From positions 4,404,001-4,468,000 of the forward strand of contig CM052817.1 in the NCBI GenBank assembly GCA_028534125.1: a DNA stretch of 64,000 nucleotides, written 5' to 3'. Of the stretch, positions 11,706 to 23,849 are shown piece after piece. The translations under genes were made by a program, and so were the position numbers. The notes beneath the pieces are model-generated. The model worked only from the letters and a program-made list of their open reading frames with translations. It did no database searches and was not told the origin of the DNA. The DNA is from Lama glama (Eukaryota). The stretch's first letter is position 1, and each line of letters begins with the position of its first letter.

Positions 11706-14700
11706 GTTTCCCTGTGAACTGCTAGGCAGTGTTCTTAAAATAGGTTCACCAGAGGTGTGGCAGCCACTGAGGCACGCGGAGGCCGCATGGTCCAACAGCT
11801 CTGCAGATGGCGTGGGTGGCCGCGCTGTCGTGTGCTCGGAGTGGTCATTGCCATGGGCCTTCCCAGGCAGGCCAATGGTGCAGTAAGTATGGCGACAGAG
11901 CCGGAAGCATCCGTTGTTAGGGCTGGAGACCTTGTTTAGTGTGAACAGACCTGCCATCCCCCATTTTACAGGAGGGGAAACAGAAGCCCAGAGAGGTTAA
12001 GTGACGTGTGCGGTCACACAGCTTCTTGACTGTCGACGGAGCTGAGTTGGGTTCTGATGTCTTAAGCAGAGCGCTCCCACTGTGCCTCCCATGCGTGTTC
12101 TTCTGATTTGGAATTCTAGATCTGGGTCGGATGCAATTCATTTTCTAATGATTACCATCCATACGGCATCACTCAACAACGTTTATTAGATCAAAGGCTT
12201 TCCCCACATTTCTGCCTGGGGCAGCCCTGAGTCCCAGGCTATCATGAGAACTCACCTACTTCTTGGCTAGCCTGAGATGATTATGGTTTAATCCATTCCT
12301 CCACATCCCTACCCTAGTTTCCCAGGGTGAAAATCAAGCAGCAAAGCTGATCAAAAGTTTATGAATCACTTTGTGATGAGATTACTGTATGAGCTTAGTC
12401 ACTCATCACTGCGGAGAACAGGGAGCCCAAATCCTTTAAAAGATGTATGCCTTTCTTTCCATTTGTGTTACTCAGCAATTTATGGAGTAGACGTCATAAA
12501 CTTGAGGGGGACGATTTTTACCTTCAGGCTGGTGAGCTTCTTTTAAGAGATTCACAGCTCTTGTCTAATTCCAGGGTGAAATTCCAAGTATGGAATGAGA
12601 AGTTTCTTGAGAACTCAGTCAACTTCTGAGAACAGGGTGCTAGACATTTCAGACATATTTTAGATACTCAGCCTCTTTTTCTGCATTGACAGTGCCTTGC
12701 AGTGAGAAGGGATCTGGGCTGGGAGTCAGGGGGTGGGTGTAGCAGGAGCCCTGCCACACTCTCTCTAAGGATGCACCTGTGTGGTACAAAGGTAGCACTC
12801 CACGGTGATGATTCTTCTTCCTCACTGCATGTTGGACTCACCTGGAGAGCAGTTAGAAATCCAATGCGCAGCAATCTCTCCAGGCCACTTAGATCAGATT
12901 GTCTTGGGTGGGTCCCAAGCAGGGGTCTTAAAAGAGCCCCCTACTGATTCTTTAATGGGCAGCCAGGGAGAGAACCGCCAGACTGGAGCCTCACAGAACT
13001 TTTGGTTCTCCCACCCCCTGGGTTAATGAAAGTCCCAGATGCCACTGTGGGTTTCTTTTTTTCATGTCAGACTCACATTTATTTTTGCTCCTTCCTGGGA
13101 AAGAGCAGTGTCCTCAGAACTGACAGGAGGAAACTTTCTATCTTTGGAATATTTTTGACCACGAGATGGCTTTGTAACTTGACCTTTAGAGGCCAAGCTG
13201 ATGAAGCTATGAAAACGAAAAGCATAGCGTGCTGTAGCGTTCAGCTGTGCCAAAGGAGAACCGGATGCCAAGCTCTTGATGGCCGATCACGGAACGGTGA
13301 CATGAAGATTCAGATTATACAACTGAGTGACACAGTGGGCACACGAAACCGAGTTCTTGGGAACAGTGGCTTACATCTTGAAATCTTTCAGAAATAGATA
13401 TTCTAAGTCCACTATGATATATAAAGCCACCAGTTGTGTAAGCAAATAGAATCAGATTTCTATTCAGCACTTGCACCAATGGCCAACTGTGTTCCTATCT
13501 GGCTTTGAAATAAATTCTTTGGAAATTTTCTGGTACCTTAAGGAGGAAGAGAAGAACAAACCTCTGGGGTTTGCTAATGTATTTATTCCTCTTTCTTCTT
13601 ATATGAGAATGTTTGGAAAAGAGAAAGTGTGTGCCTTGGACCTAAAACTGCTTTTAAACAGTCAATAGGCTTAGGATGGAAGGATTGGGTTTTCTTTATC
13701 CCACTTGATTTTCCCTAAATCCAGCTCTGGTTTCAGCAAGCACAGCTCCCATCCAAATCTGACGTCTGCAGCCTTGGTGCAAATGTATTACAGAGTCACG
13801 GGAAGACTGATGGCAGAATTGCTACCATCAAAATCACGTTTGCTTCAATAACATTTTGTCTTTGAAAAACATCATCAGCCTATGTCCAAAGGTGGGCTGA
13901 TGAAACCTTTATATGGTGGTAGAATAGGGGAAGAGAAAGACACCTGGGTAGGGTTGTTTAAAAGGGTGGAAAACTTTGGTATCAACTCTGTATCAATATT
14001 TTCTTTTTAAAGAAATATAATACAACGTTTGCAAATATGACACTGAAAGTGATGGGGACAATAAATATCTATGCTGTGATGTTATAACTATTAACTATTA
14101 GACTTTGCATTGGGACAAGGGCAAGTTCTGCCTCTCATAGAGACTGGAGAATCGGTTATGGGCCAGATACATGGGGTTCCAGCCAGGACTCTGCGACCAA
14201 CTGGTTGTGCAAACTTGGACGGTATACTTACCTCTCTCTGTCTCAAAGTCCCCCGCAGAAACATCAGGGAAGGTGTGAGCCTTAATGAGACAGCACGTGG
14301 TGTCTAAAGCACTCAGCACGTATTAGTGCTCTGTGGATGTTGAGAATCTCCTCTCAACATTTGGAAAACGATCCAGACGCAGTTCAGTGCAACAGTGGGG
14401 CATGCACCACCCATCTGAGTTGGGCGACTAAGACGATCTCCCAACGTTCAGGTTTGTACAACCAACTTTTGCTGGTGAGGCAGGGCAGGGACTTGGGTGT
14501 CACTGGCAAAGGCAATGAGCAAGACTTGAGCGTTCATTTTGGCAGAACCTCCCTGGTCTCCTCACTCTTCCAGGTGGAATCCTGGGCAGCTATCACATGA
14601 GAGCTGTGAAGCACAGACATCAATTTGGAAATTGTGTACTTTTGCACTAGATCCCACATGCACAATAACGCTACCCCTTGCAACTGCATGAATCTCAAAG

Positions 14701-15331
14701 GACTCCTATATTATATGTCTCTATGAATAAACACAGGGTCAGAATTTTGGCAATCCATGCTCTGCCCCTCCCTTCAGTTACAAGCATCGGTTCCCATGGG
14801 AATGGTCTGGCAACAAAGGCAGACCTCCCTTTCTTTCAGATGTTCTTCAGTGGGACGCTCTCTTGGGTTCTGAAGCAGCGGCTGTCCCCAGACTCCTGCC
14901 TGCAGCAAAATGAACAGAGTGCTCAGTCCTCAGTCCTCGGAGACGCCTGCCAGATTCTTGACCCATTGTGAGTCTGAATCAGGCTCCACAGTCCCTTCTG
15001 GGTTTTCGAGATTTGTAATGATTGCTCAATCTTGTGTAAAATAGGCTGGCATTTTCTCTTGTAATCAAGATGTATTTTTCTATGTTAGTTAAATGTATAA
15101 TTTGTGTAATTTTGTACATTAAAGTGTATCCTTTTTCACAATTAAAGTTTTTTTCCCTTTTGAATGTTTAATTTATTGACAGTTCATTACAAGGTGTTGT
15201 AGACCCTGGCCCAATACAAAAAGGCAATGACTTCAAGCCTCTTTGATCATTTGGAATAAATGATCTCCTCAGAAGTCAGATCTACTTTGCACAGGTAACA
15301 AACTGATCTCCTGTACGATCCCTTATATGCC

Positions 15332-15810
15332 TGTATTAGTTTACTATTTTTGCTGTAATAAGTTGCCATCAACCTAGGGGCTTACAAAAGCATACTTATT
15401 ATCTTATGGTTCTGGAGATTAGAAGTCCGAAACAGGTCTCCCTGGGCTAAAATCAAGGTATTGGCAGGACCGCGTTCCTTCTGGGGGCCCGAGGGGAGAA
15501 CTGGCGTCCTGACCTTTTCCAGCTTCCGGAAGTTGCCTGCATTCTTTGGCTCAGGCTCTCTTCCTCCATCTTCAAAGCCTGCAGCATCGCATCTTCAAAT
15601 CTCTCTCTGCTTCTGTTGTCATATCACCTCCTTCTTTCCTTCCTCTTCCATTTCTAAGGACCCCTGTGATTACATCAGGCCAACCTGAATAATCCAGCAT
15701 AATCTCCCATCTCAAGACCCTGAGCTTTATGACATCTGCACATTACTTTTTGCCGTGTAAGGTCACATACACACAGGCTCCGGGGATTAGGAGCTGGACA
15801 GCTTTGTTAC
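15332..15810 (-). mobile_element. MLT1 (ERVL-MaLR) solo LTR
   Basis: Typical MLT1 blocks: tgtattagtt...gctgtaataagttgcca, gggctaaaatcaaggt, ataatctcccatctcaag. Confidence 0.8.
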
Positions 15811-16964
15811 CGCAGTCCCCCGTGAACTGATCTGGAGGCAGCAGAAAAACAGTAAACATTTTAGAATCAAACAGGCTTGAAACTGAACTGTCCGTCTGCC
15901 GCTTGCTGACCACATAACTTTACGGAGCTTGCTTTCCTTCTCTAAATCTCTTCTCTCATATCCAAAATGAGTGCAATAATCTATTGCTCCCCTCACAGAT
16001 TTGCTAAGAGGATTATACACCTAACAATAAGCTACAGCTCCCTTTCCCTCATTTTTGGAAAACATTCTTTTTACAACTGACTTTTTGATCTATTTTTTTT
16101 ATTTGCCAAAAAAAGGTCCTGATGGAGAACGGGCATCAGAGCTGAGTGGCGTCTCCCGTCCTCTCCCTGCAGCCCTCTGATGCGGCCCCTCTGTCCTCTG
16201 CCATTGCCCCAGAAGGCTTCCTGGCCTGGCAGGATGGGCTGCAGGCTTGTCTTTCACCGGATGCCGTGGTTTGATTCACTTATGAGCACTCTTCCCCGGA
16301 GGGCTGAGAGCAGTCAGGGGACAGGACGGGGAGGGTCCCAGCAGTCCTTTGCCCTGACAGCACTTTGCCCAGGTTTCCAGGGCTTTCTTCTGTTGACCTC
16401 CGCCACACACCACTCCCCAATGCCTCCCTGCAGGCTGGTGGCTGCATTTCCTAACTTATACCCTAGCTTGGTTTCCTGCCCCCCTTCCCCTGTTACACTG
16501 GGGTTACTGGTCTTGAGACTGAGGAGATGTTGTAGAAAGGACTCAGACAAACCTGAGGTTGAGTCCCAGCGTGGTCAGTTACCTTGAGCAGTGGATTTGA
16601 GGTTTGTCATTCTCAGCCTGCCAGCCTGAAAATGGAGGTGGCATCGTCTGTCACATGGGAGTCCTGAAAGCAGAACTAATGTGTGGAAATGAACCCTGTG
16701 TTCAGAGACCTTTGCATATGGTAGGCTCTCAGTCAAAGTCAGATCTCTCTCCTTTCAACGGGAGGAGAGATGCGGGAGAAAACAAGGGGTGTGGATGGCC
16801 AAGACGTGTGTGGGATGAATGTGGAATTATCAGTTGCCCAAGATGGCATGGAAGATAGGATTCTAACTCAAAAATCTAGACTCTTCTAACTCTGCCAGGT
16901 CCATTCCTTTGTCTCCCATTTCCCCTTGGGAGCTCTTCAGTCAGACTTCCTAGGGAGGGTAAGG

Positions 16965-17205
16965 GATACTGGTTAAGATGCAGACTCTGGGACCAGACCA
17001 CTGCATTTAAATCCTAAGTGGCATCATTTACCAGTTGTGATCCTAGGCAAGTCATTTATCTCTCTGAGCTTCAGTTTCCTCATCTGCAAACTGAGCCTAA
17101 AACAGTACCTATCACAAAGGTCACTGTGAGGCTTAAAAGAGTAACTATATGTAAGTACCTACAACGGTCCTTGACACGTAGCAAACTCTATAAGTGGGAA
17201 TTATT
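16965..17205 (+). mobile_element. MIR SINE (one of many; others near 10120, 11950, 14180, 15870, 29540, 33780, 38450, 51220, 54200 and 62890)
   Basis: MIR core ggcaagtcatttatctctctgagcttcagtttcctcatctgcaaa. Confidence 0.8.
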
Positions 17206-19188
17206 ATCCTCCTTTCCTGCTTCTGCATAAAGACAACTTGTTCCCTTTTCCTTCCTGGGTCACCCTCTCCTAGTCTTGACAACTGCCTTGCCCGTTCTTA
17301 CAATGAAGAGGGTTTTCTTGCAAAGTACTGAGGTTGCCATCGCCAGCGGTACTTAAACGAAGCCTGAGAGACAGCATCCTCAGGACGTGAGGGCCAATTC
17401 AGGCATACAGCACTAAGAGGGAGCTCAGAGTTTCATCTAACTCAAGCTTCTTGGATTCTCTGATATTTCTGTGGGTTTAGTCATCATGAGTATTTTGGGA
17501 GCTTTAGAAGAAGTTTCTATGTGGTCTTCAATATGAAATTTCCTTCTCTGGAATGTTCTAGGAACAGAATTTCACAGGACAGATACAAGTTTTCGTTGAA
17601 AACACACTTGCACAGCAACCCAGAGTCTTGCAGGCCCCAAGAGGACTATCTGTCGTGGGAATCTGTGCAGGTGCCCAGGGGCAGAGAAGGGAGGGGACCA
17701 GGATAGGGTGGGTAGAAGAGAGTGAACGGGGGCGGGGGTGATGGTGGTAAATAGACTCTGTTCTTATTTATGGTTAGTGCTCCCCTACACTAATATATGC
17801 TTCTTGAAGGCAGGGACTTTGTAAATACTCATCTCTGTATTCCCAGTATTACTTCCTCAAGCACAGAAAAGGACCTGCTATGTGCCCACTGAATTCCAGA
17901 CCTGGCTGAGCACAGTGAGATCTGAAGTACAGGCAACTGCTTCATTCTCCTCTCCTGTTTCCTCATCTGTCCAACTAGAGAAGTAACAACACCCACTTAC
18001 TGCACAGACCAGCTTGTTGAAAGGTGGTAAGTGTGGGAAGGTGACAGTGAAGCCATGGAGCCAATACCCCAAGTCCTCAATGCATGGGTTTCAGCACGGA
18101 AAGAATGAGAGTGTGAATCTGGAAATCTGTCTGTCTGGGACTCCAAGAACCAATAGGACCAGGTGCTGAAGGGACAGTTCCCAGCACTGGGAGGGGTGGG
18201 GGGTGTGGCACAAGGCACTGAAGCTCCCAGCTGGGTCCTCCACCCAGCCTGATGCTATGTGTCTGGACTTGCCCGTGGAGGGGGCTGGCAGCTGGCGATT
18301 CTGCTCGTCCAGAAAGAGCAGCTGGGACCACAGTGTCCCTGGAGACTCTTAGGACCCTCTGCCTGATAATAATCGGGGAGAAATGAGGAAGTGTATTTAG
18401 CAAAGGCACATGGCACCTGGCTTTGAAGACGGGTAGAGAGGGAGCCCCAGCAGAGCGATCCCCAGGCCCCACGCCCTCCCCCCGGCCCTGGTCAGAGGAT
18501 GCCTGGGGCCGCAAGGCTGCAAGCTCCTAGCTCAGCAAGAGTAGGTTTCATCAGGGGTCACGGGAGGTGGCCCTGGACTGGGGAATATTTGTCTGTCTGG
18601 GTGACTGACAAGAGCCGGTGCATGTGTGAGAAATGATCAGTTCCTTTGTGTCTTTTTCTGGAGTGTTTCTATTTCAGCTCCTGACCTCCCTTATTTCTGG
18701 TACGGATTTGTGTGTGGGCGTCCTGGCGGGGTTTACATGTGTGGAGTCATCTTGTGAGTTTGCCTTTGGTATGAGGGCGAGAAAATCTCTTTGTTGTGTG
18801 GGTGGTGCAGGAGTGAGCCCGGTGTACACGTGTGAGTCATTGGTTCATGTGCAAGAGTGTATTTCTCTTGTCTGTCAGCGTGAATGTGGTCCCGGCACAT
18901 CCCTCTTGCCTGACTGTTCATCCTGCCAGGCGCGTAGCCCTGTCTGGTACATTATGTGTGTGTTTGTCTCCTTCTCCTTAGAACGTCAGCTCCCGGAGGG
19001 CAGGACTTGGTCTATTTCGTTCACGGCGCTGCCCCCAGCACCAACAACGTGGTAGGCACCAGTGGGCTCTCAATATAATAGTGCTGAGTGAATGAATGCG
19101 GTGACCGATGTGTGAATGCTTCTCTGGTTGTGCAATCAATCTCCGTGTGATGCGGTGCATGCGCCGGCTTGGCTGAGAATTTCCGGGG

Positions 19189-19208
19189 TGTGTGTGTGTG
19201 TGTGTGTG
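19189..19208. repeat. (TG)10 microsatellite upstream of the long-isoform promoter
   Basis: Directly visible. Confidence 0.95.
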
Positions 19209-19299
19209 TAATTGACTCGGAATATGTACAAGTATGTATATGTGTGCAAAATTGTCTATGATGTGCGTGAACGAGCCTGCGTGTATCTGGGGAGCGTGT

Positions 19300-20400
19300 G
19301 TGTAATCGATTCCCGCATATGCCAGCCCGTTAGTGCACCTCGCACGTGCCCGTATGGCGTAATCGTCTGGTGTGCTAGTACCAACCTGTGTGTGCCTTGG
19401 GAGTGTGTGAGTGCGTGCTCGCCGTTCGCACCGCCGGCTCCCCTCGAGCCCTCCGCTCGACCTGGGGGCAGAGAGTGGGGGTGCGGCGAGGGCACTGCGG
19501 TTCGGCTGCCCGCCCTCGGCGCTGCGGCGAGGGCACGTCACAGTCTCTCCCCGCCCTCGCCGCGGTCCCCGCCTCCCGATCCTTTGTAGCGGGCGGCTGC
19601 GCTCATCCACAGCCGCCCGGAGGCCCCGCCCCAGCCCCTCCTCGGCCCCGCCCCACCGCGCGCCCCGCCTCTCCCCTACCCTCCCCGGGCCGCAGTCGCG
19701 CCTGGGCAGCCGCGGGCCCGCACCGAGCGCGGAGCGCGGCGCACGGCGGTGGCTAGGGCCGTGGGCAGGCGGGCGCGCGGGTGGGCGGCCGGTTTTGGAC
19801 CGGTATGGCGGACCGGCGGCGCGGGTGGAACACGGAGGACGACCTGCCCGTGTATCTGGCGCGACCGGGCAGCGCGGCGCAGACCCCGCGCCAGAAGTAC
19901 GGCGGCATGTTCGCTGCGGTGGAGGGCGCCTACGAGAATAAGACCATCGACTTCGACGCGTACAGCGTGGGCCGCCGCGGCTCGGCGCGCACGCCTCGCA
20001 GTGCTGGCCGGCTCGACTCTGTCGGCCTGCCGGGGCCCGGCGGTAGCGAGGACACGGCCAGCGACGTGAGCGAGCCCTCGGGCTCGGCCGTCAGCTCGCC
20101 AGGCGAGCGCGACGAGCGACCCCCTGCGCTGCGCATCCGCTGCCCCGCGCCCCGCGACCTGCCACTCGGCCGGGACAATGGCCAGGTACCCTCGGGGCGC
20201 GCGTGGGCCGGACGGAAGGGGCGGGGCCCTCGGGCGGCTGGGCGTGGGGCCGCCTGAGGGCAGTGCCCGGGCCGGAGTGCTGTGGCGACTGCCACCAGGC
20301 TTGGGAGAGCTCCAGAAGGCCCTTCCCTCACCCCATCATACAGGAGGTCTTGGAGAGGTGGTGCGACTCGGTCAGGGTTGGCCGGCATAGTCCGGGAGAC
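19300..20400 (+). promoter_or_regulatory. CpG island / promoter of the long CRMP1 isoform
   Basis: Very high GC and CpG density, with several GC boxes (CCCCGCCC near 19624 and 19646) just upstream of the ATG. Boundaries are approximate. Confidence 0.88.
19805..20185 (+). CDS. CRMP1: CRMP1 long-isoform coding exon 1 (127 codons, MADRRRGWNTEDDLPVYLARPGSAAQTPRQKYGGMFAAVEGAYENKTIDFDAY...LPLGRDNGQ)
   Basis: The translation matches the recognisable N-terminus of long CRMP1. The ATG is at 19805 with an in-frame TAG at 19754 upstream. The 381-nt exon ends at donor CAG|GTACCC (phase 0) and lies in a CpG island. Confidence 0.96.
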
Positions 20401-23400
20401 TCCAAAGGGTCCTTCGAGATCCAGTCCCCCTCTCCTCCTCTGCAGAAAAGCAGAGCGAGGTTCTGAAAAGGGAAGTAAGTTGGCTAAAACCGCCACATGG
20501 TTCCTTAAAACGTAGCAGTACCTCTGGGGTTAATTTCATCCAAGGCTCCCTACTCTCTGCTTTATGAAAAGCCGGGGAGCTCCGTTCCGCATTCATCCCT
20601 TCATTTATTCACTCACTCATTAGTAATTGTAGAGCACCTGCTAGGTACCAGGCGCTAGGAGAGGTTCCCTGAAATGCCTGTGGTCACAGGGCTTAAAGCT
20701 TAAGCCTTTCCTGAGTGCTCCCCTCTGTGCTTTCTGAGGGAAATATCTGGTGAAAGATTTAGATTGTCGGGCAGATAGAACTGGAAACCACTACCCGCAA
20801 TCACCGACATCTTCAGGGACGCCCCTGAATACCACAGCACGACGCCAGTGTGCTCACTTCACAGAGCAAGCTGGAGGCAGAGCGTGGATTTGATCTGGGG
20901 TCAATAGCTTCCTAGACTTGGAGGTTCCCCCCCCATGATAGTGGGGAAACATCAGGGAGAGGGAACGCCAAGCCTTGGGCCCTATGGCTCTTGTCCCTTT
21001 AGCTGGGGGTCGCCAGGGCACTGCGGGAGGAACGGTGGATAGATGACACAGCTTAGGGATATATGGTCGAGGTGCTTGGACAACGGAAGTTGGAGTACCC
21101 GAGGGCTGGCGAGCTGTCGGCTTAACCCAGAACTTCCAGTCTGAGCACTGCTCAGGTTCCAGGCCCCTGATAGGTGCTGGGATCCCTGCTCAGCACTCCA
21201 GCCCCACCCTGGGTCAGGGTGGGCGACAAATTCACTGTGAAAATTAAATGAGTTAATGCTGCTAGGTAGTGAGCACTCAATAAATGTTCGTTGTTTATTA
21301 TATGAGTTTTATCATTATCATTTTTATTAACCCTTCTCCCCTTAAATGCTATGAGAGGCATAAAGTGAACCGGAGGATGCAGAGCTTGATCTAGGAGGGC
21401 TTTCTTGAGGAGTGGGGGCTGGGTCAGCCTGTGGCTGCTACAACCCAATAGTGGGTCTCCTCCTGCCCCCATCCCCAACGCCCCAGGCTTTCTGTCCCGG
21501 TAACTCGGGAACTCTCCGTGGTCCTGAATCCGGCGCCTCGCAAGAAGAAGCTCTACAGTGAGGGGGTGTGTGGTGGAGGTGGGGGCGAGAAATGGGGATA
21601 TCGAAAGTGTCCCGTCTCCTTGTCCCAGCCCCTTCTGTATCTCTTCCTGCCCACCTCCTTCCCTGGTGGCTGACCTCGCTTGGGATCCAGGCTTCAGAGC
21701 CTAAGCGGGAGGCTTCAGAGCCGCGGACCGAGAAGCCGGGGCCAATACTGGAGAACCCTGGTTTCCAGTCAAGGCACTGCGCCCTCTTGAGCTTCAGCTT
21801 CCTCATCTGTGAAATGGGGGTGGCATCTCCCAGACTTCCTCAAGGCGTGAAGGAGTATCAGGGAGGCGAGAGCTCTTTGTGTACGGCTGGGAGCTGTGGA
21901 AAGCGTCCCTGATGGAGCTGCAGTCAATGTCACCAACGCCACCATCTCCCCTGGGCTGTCTGGGACGGCTTCGCAGCCGTGCTTCGGCGCTTGGGGACGC
22001 TGGTTGCTTCACCTCTTCCATTCTTCCTTCCTCTCCCCCGCTAGCCATCTCTTCCCTTTCGCCATGGCTTCGCGGGTACTGGACAAAAGGCAGCGCCTCC
22101 GGCGCTCCGAGGGCTTCAGAAGCTCTCGAGGTTCGGGACTGTGTAGCCAAGGGGCTCATGGTCTCCCTGAGGGGAACATTTTACTTTCTGAGAGCTGAGG
22201 GGCCACGGGGTTCGGATTCCGGGGCGGGCCTCGCTGATTCTACGTTTTGCAGAGGGTACCGAGGCCCTTCCCCCGCCCATAAAGCTCTTTCCTGGGGAGG
22301 GAGGAGGGGTTTCTGCGGCGCAAGCGCAGGGCTTGCGGCGGCCCAAGGCTGAGCGACTGCGGAGCTTTGTACCCGGGAAGTCCGCTCGAGAGCCGTGGTC
22401 TTTTTGGCCAACAGCGGACCCATGCCCCTCCCTCGATATGCACGTGGTCTTGTCCCCACCCCTGGAGCATACCTGCCCAGACTCAACCGTGGGGACGCCC
22501 TGGTTCTGGAACCTAGGACTTAGCAACGCTGTGGAAGGGAATATGGAATCTGGGAGAGGGAGACCTGCAATTTCCGGTCAGCAACAAGAATATAGGACCC
22601 AGCAGTGCCAAGGCTGAAATGAATGAGTGTAGGAGAATGCGCTCTAGACGAGGCGTGCAGGAACGTGGCTTCTAGATATGCTCTGCTGCAGCTAATATGC
22701 TTTGTATCTGAGATACCATTTTACCTTGTATACCTCAATTTCCCACCTGTGAAATGGGAAACTTAGGGCCTAGTGTTCCTGGAATACTAAGCTGTTTCTC
22801 TTTTGTGAACATATAACCCCATCTCCATTTTAAGGACCAGGCATCTCTGGCCTCTGGTCCTGGACTGGAGGACTGGCCCCCAGGTGGCAGTGGAGGTAAG
22901 AGCTTCGGGCCCTAACTTGAGTGGTGGGGGCTTTTCCATGATTAGCACACCTGCCCTCTGGGTGGCAACTTGACAGTAAAAAAGATGGGGTCTTTTTATA
23001 GAACCTGCAGGTTTGGATTTTGTAGGCAGAAAGTGAGGTTGGCATTTTAATCTGCCTGGAGATTTGGGGCACCTGTCTAATGCTGTGGGGGCTTGCTAAG
23101 ACTCCCTTCTTCTCTCCCTGTCCCCTCTTTACTTTTCTCCTATCAAGAAGTTTAACATGCTATGCCCTGGTCTCCTGCCCACCTCTCCCCAAAGCAACAT
23201 CTGGATTATGGGTGCCAGGGCTGGTGTCCACTCTCCACTGGGAGGCAGGACATTCTGTTCGCCACCTTCCCCCTAGCCTGTCCTGGGGGCTGTGGAGACC
23301 TTAGTGCTAATGGTCTGGCTGTCCAATCAGCAATCACTGTCTGGTAGACAGGGCTGTGGGGGTGACCTGGTGGTCCCAGTACCTGGGGGCTGTGTGATGA

Positions 23401-23849
23401 GCAGCGCTGCAGGGGCAGTAGAGCAGGTCAGCCATTCATTAGGGCCTAAGCCTCCCTGCTGCAGGGAGGTTCCTGCTGAGTCTGGTTCAACGATGGGAGA
23501 GGGTGGCAGGGAAAGGTTTTATGGAGAAGCCGTTGGCAGTAAGTCAGGGAGAATAGGTAAGCTTATGTCTGAGCTAAGATATTAAGAGAAGGTACAGCTG
23601 GAATAAAGGCTTGAACTTGGGTCTGGAAATCTGCTTGGTCTATTCAGGGAGTTATCACAGAGGACGGACAAACGGAGGCTGGAGGCTGGGGAAAGGCCAA
23701 AGCGGGGCTGCCGCTGGGCCAGATCCTGGAGAGCCTGAATGCTCCAGCAGCTGGGGGTGGGGGTGAGGGGGAGGTTCTAGGCACCCGGCTCACACTCCTT
23801 CCCTCAGGCACATGTTCCAGGGAGGCCCCCAGATGCGACGCACCACACC

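Noticed and set aside
18978..20496. Several long overlapping ORFs around the first CpG island
   Set aside because: GC-rich sequence lacks stop codons. Only the frame from 19805 matches a known protein and has a proper donor.
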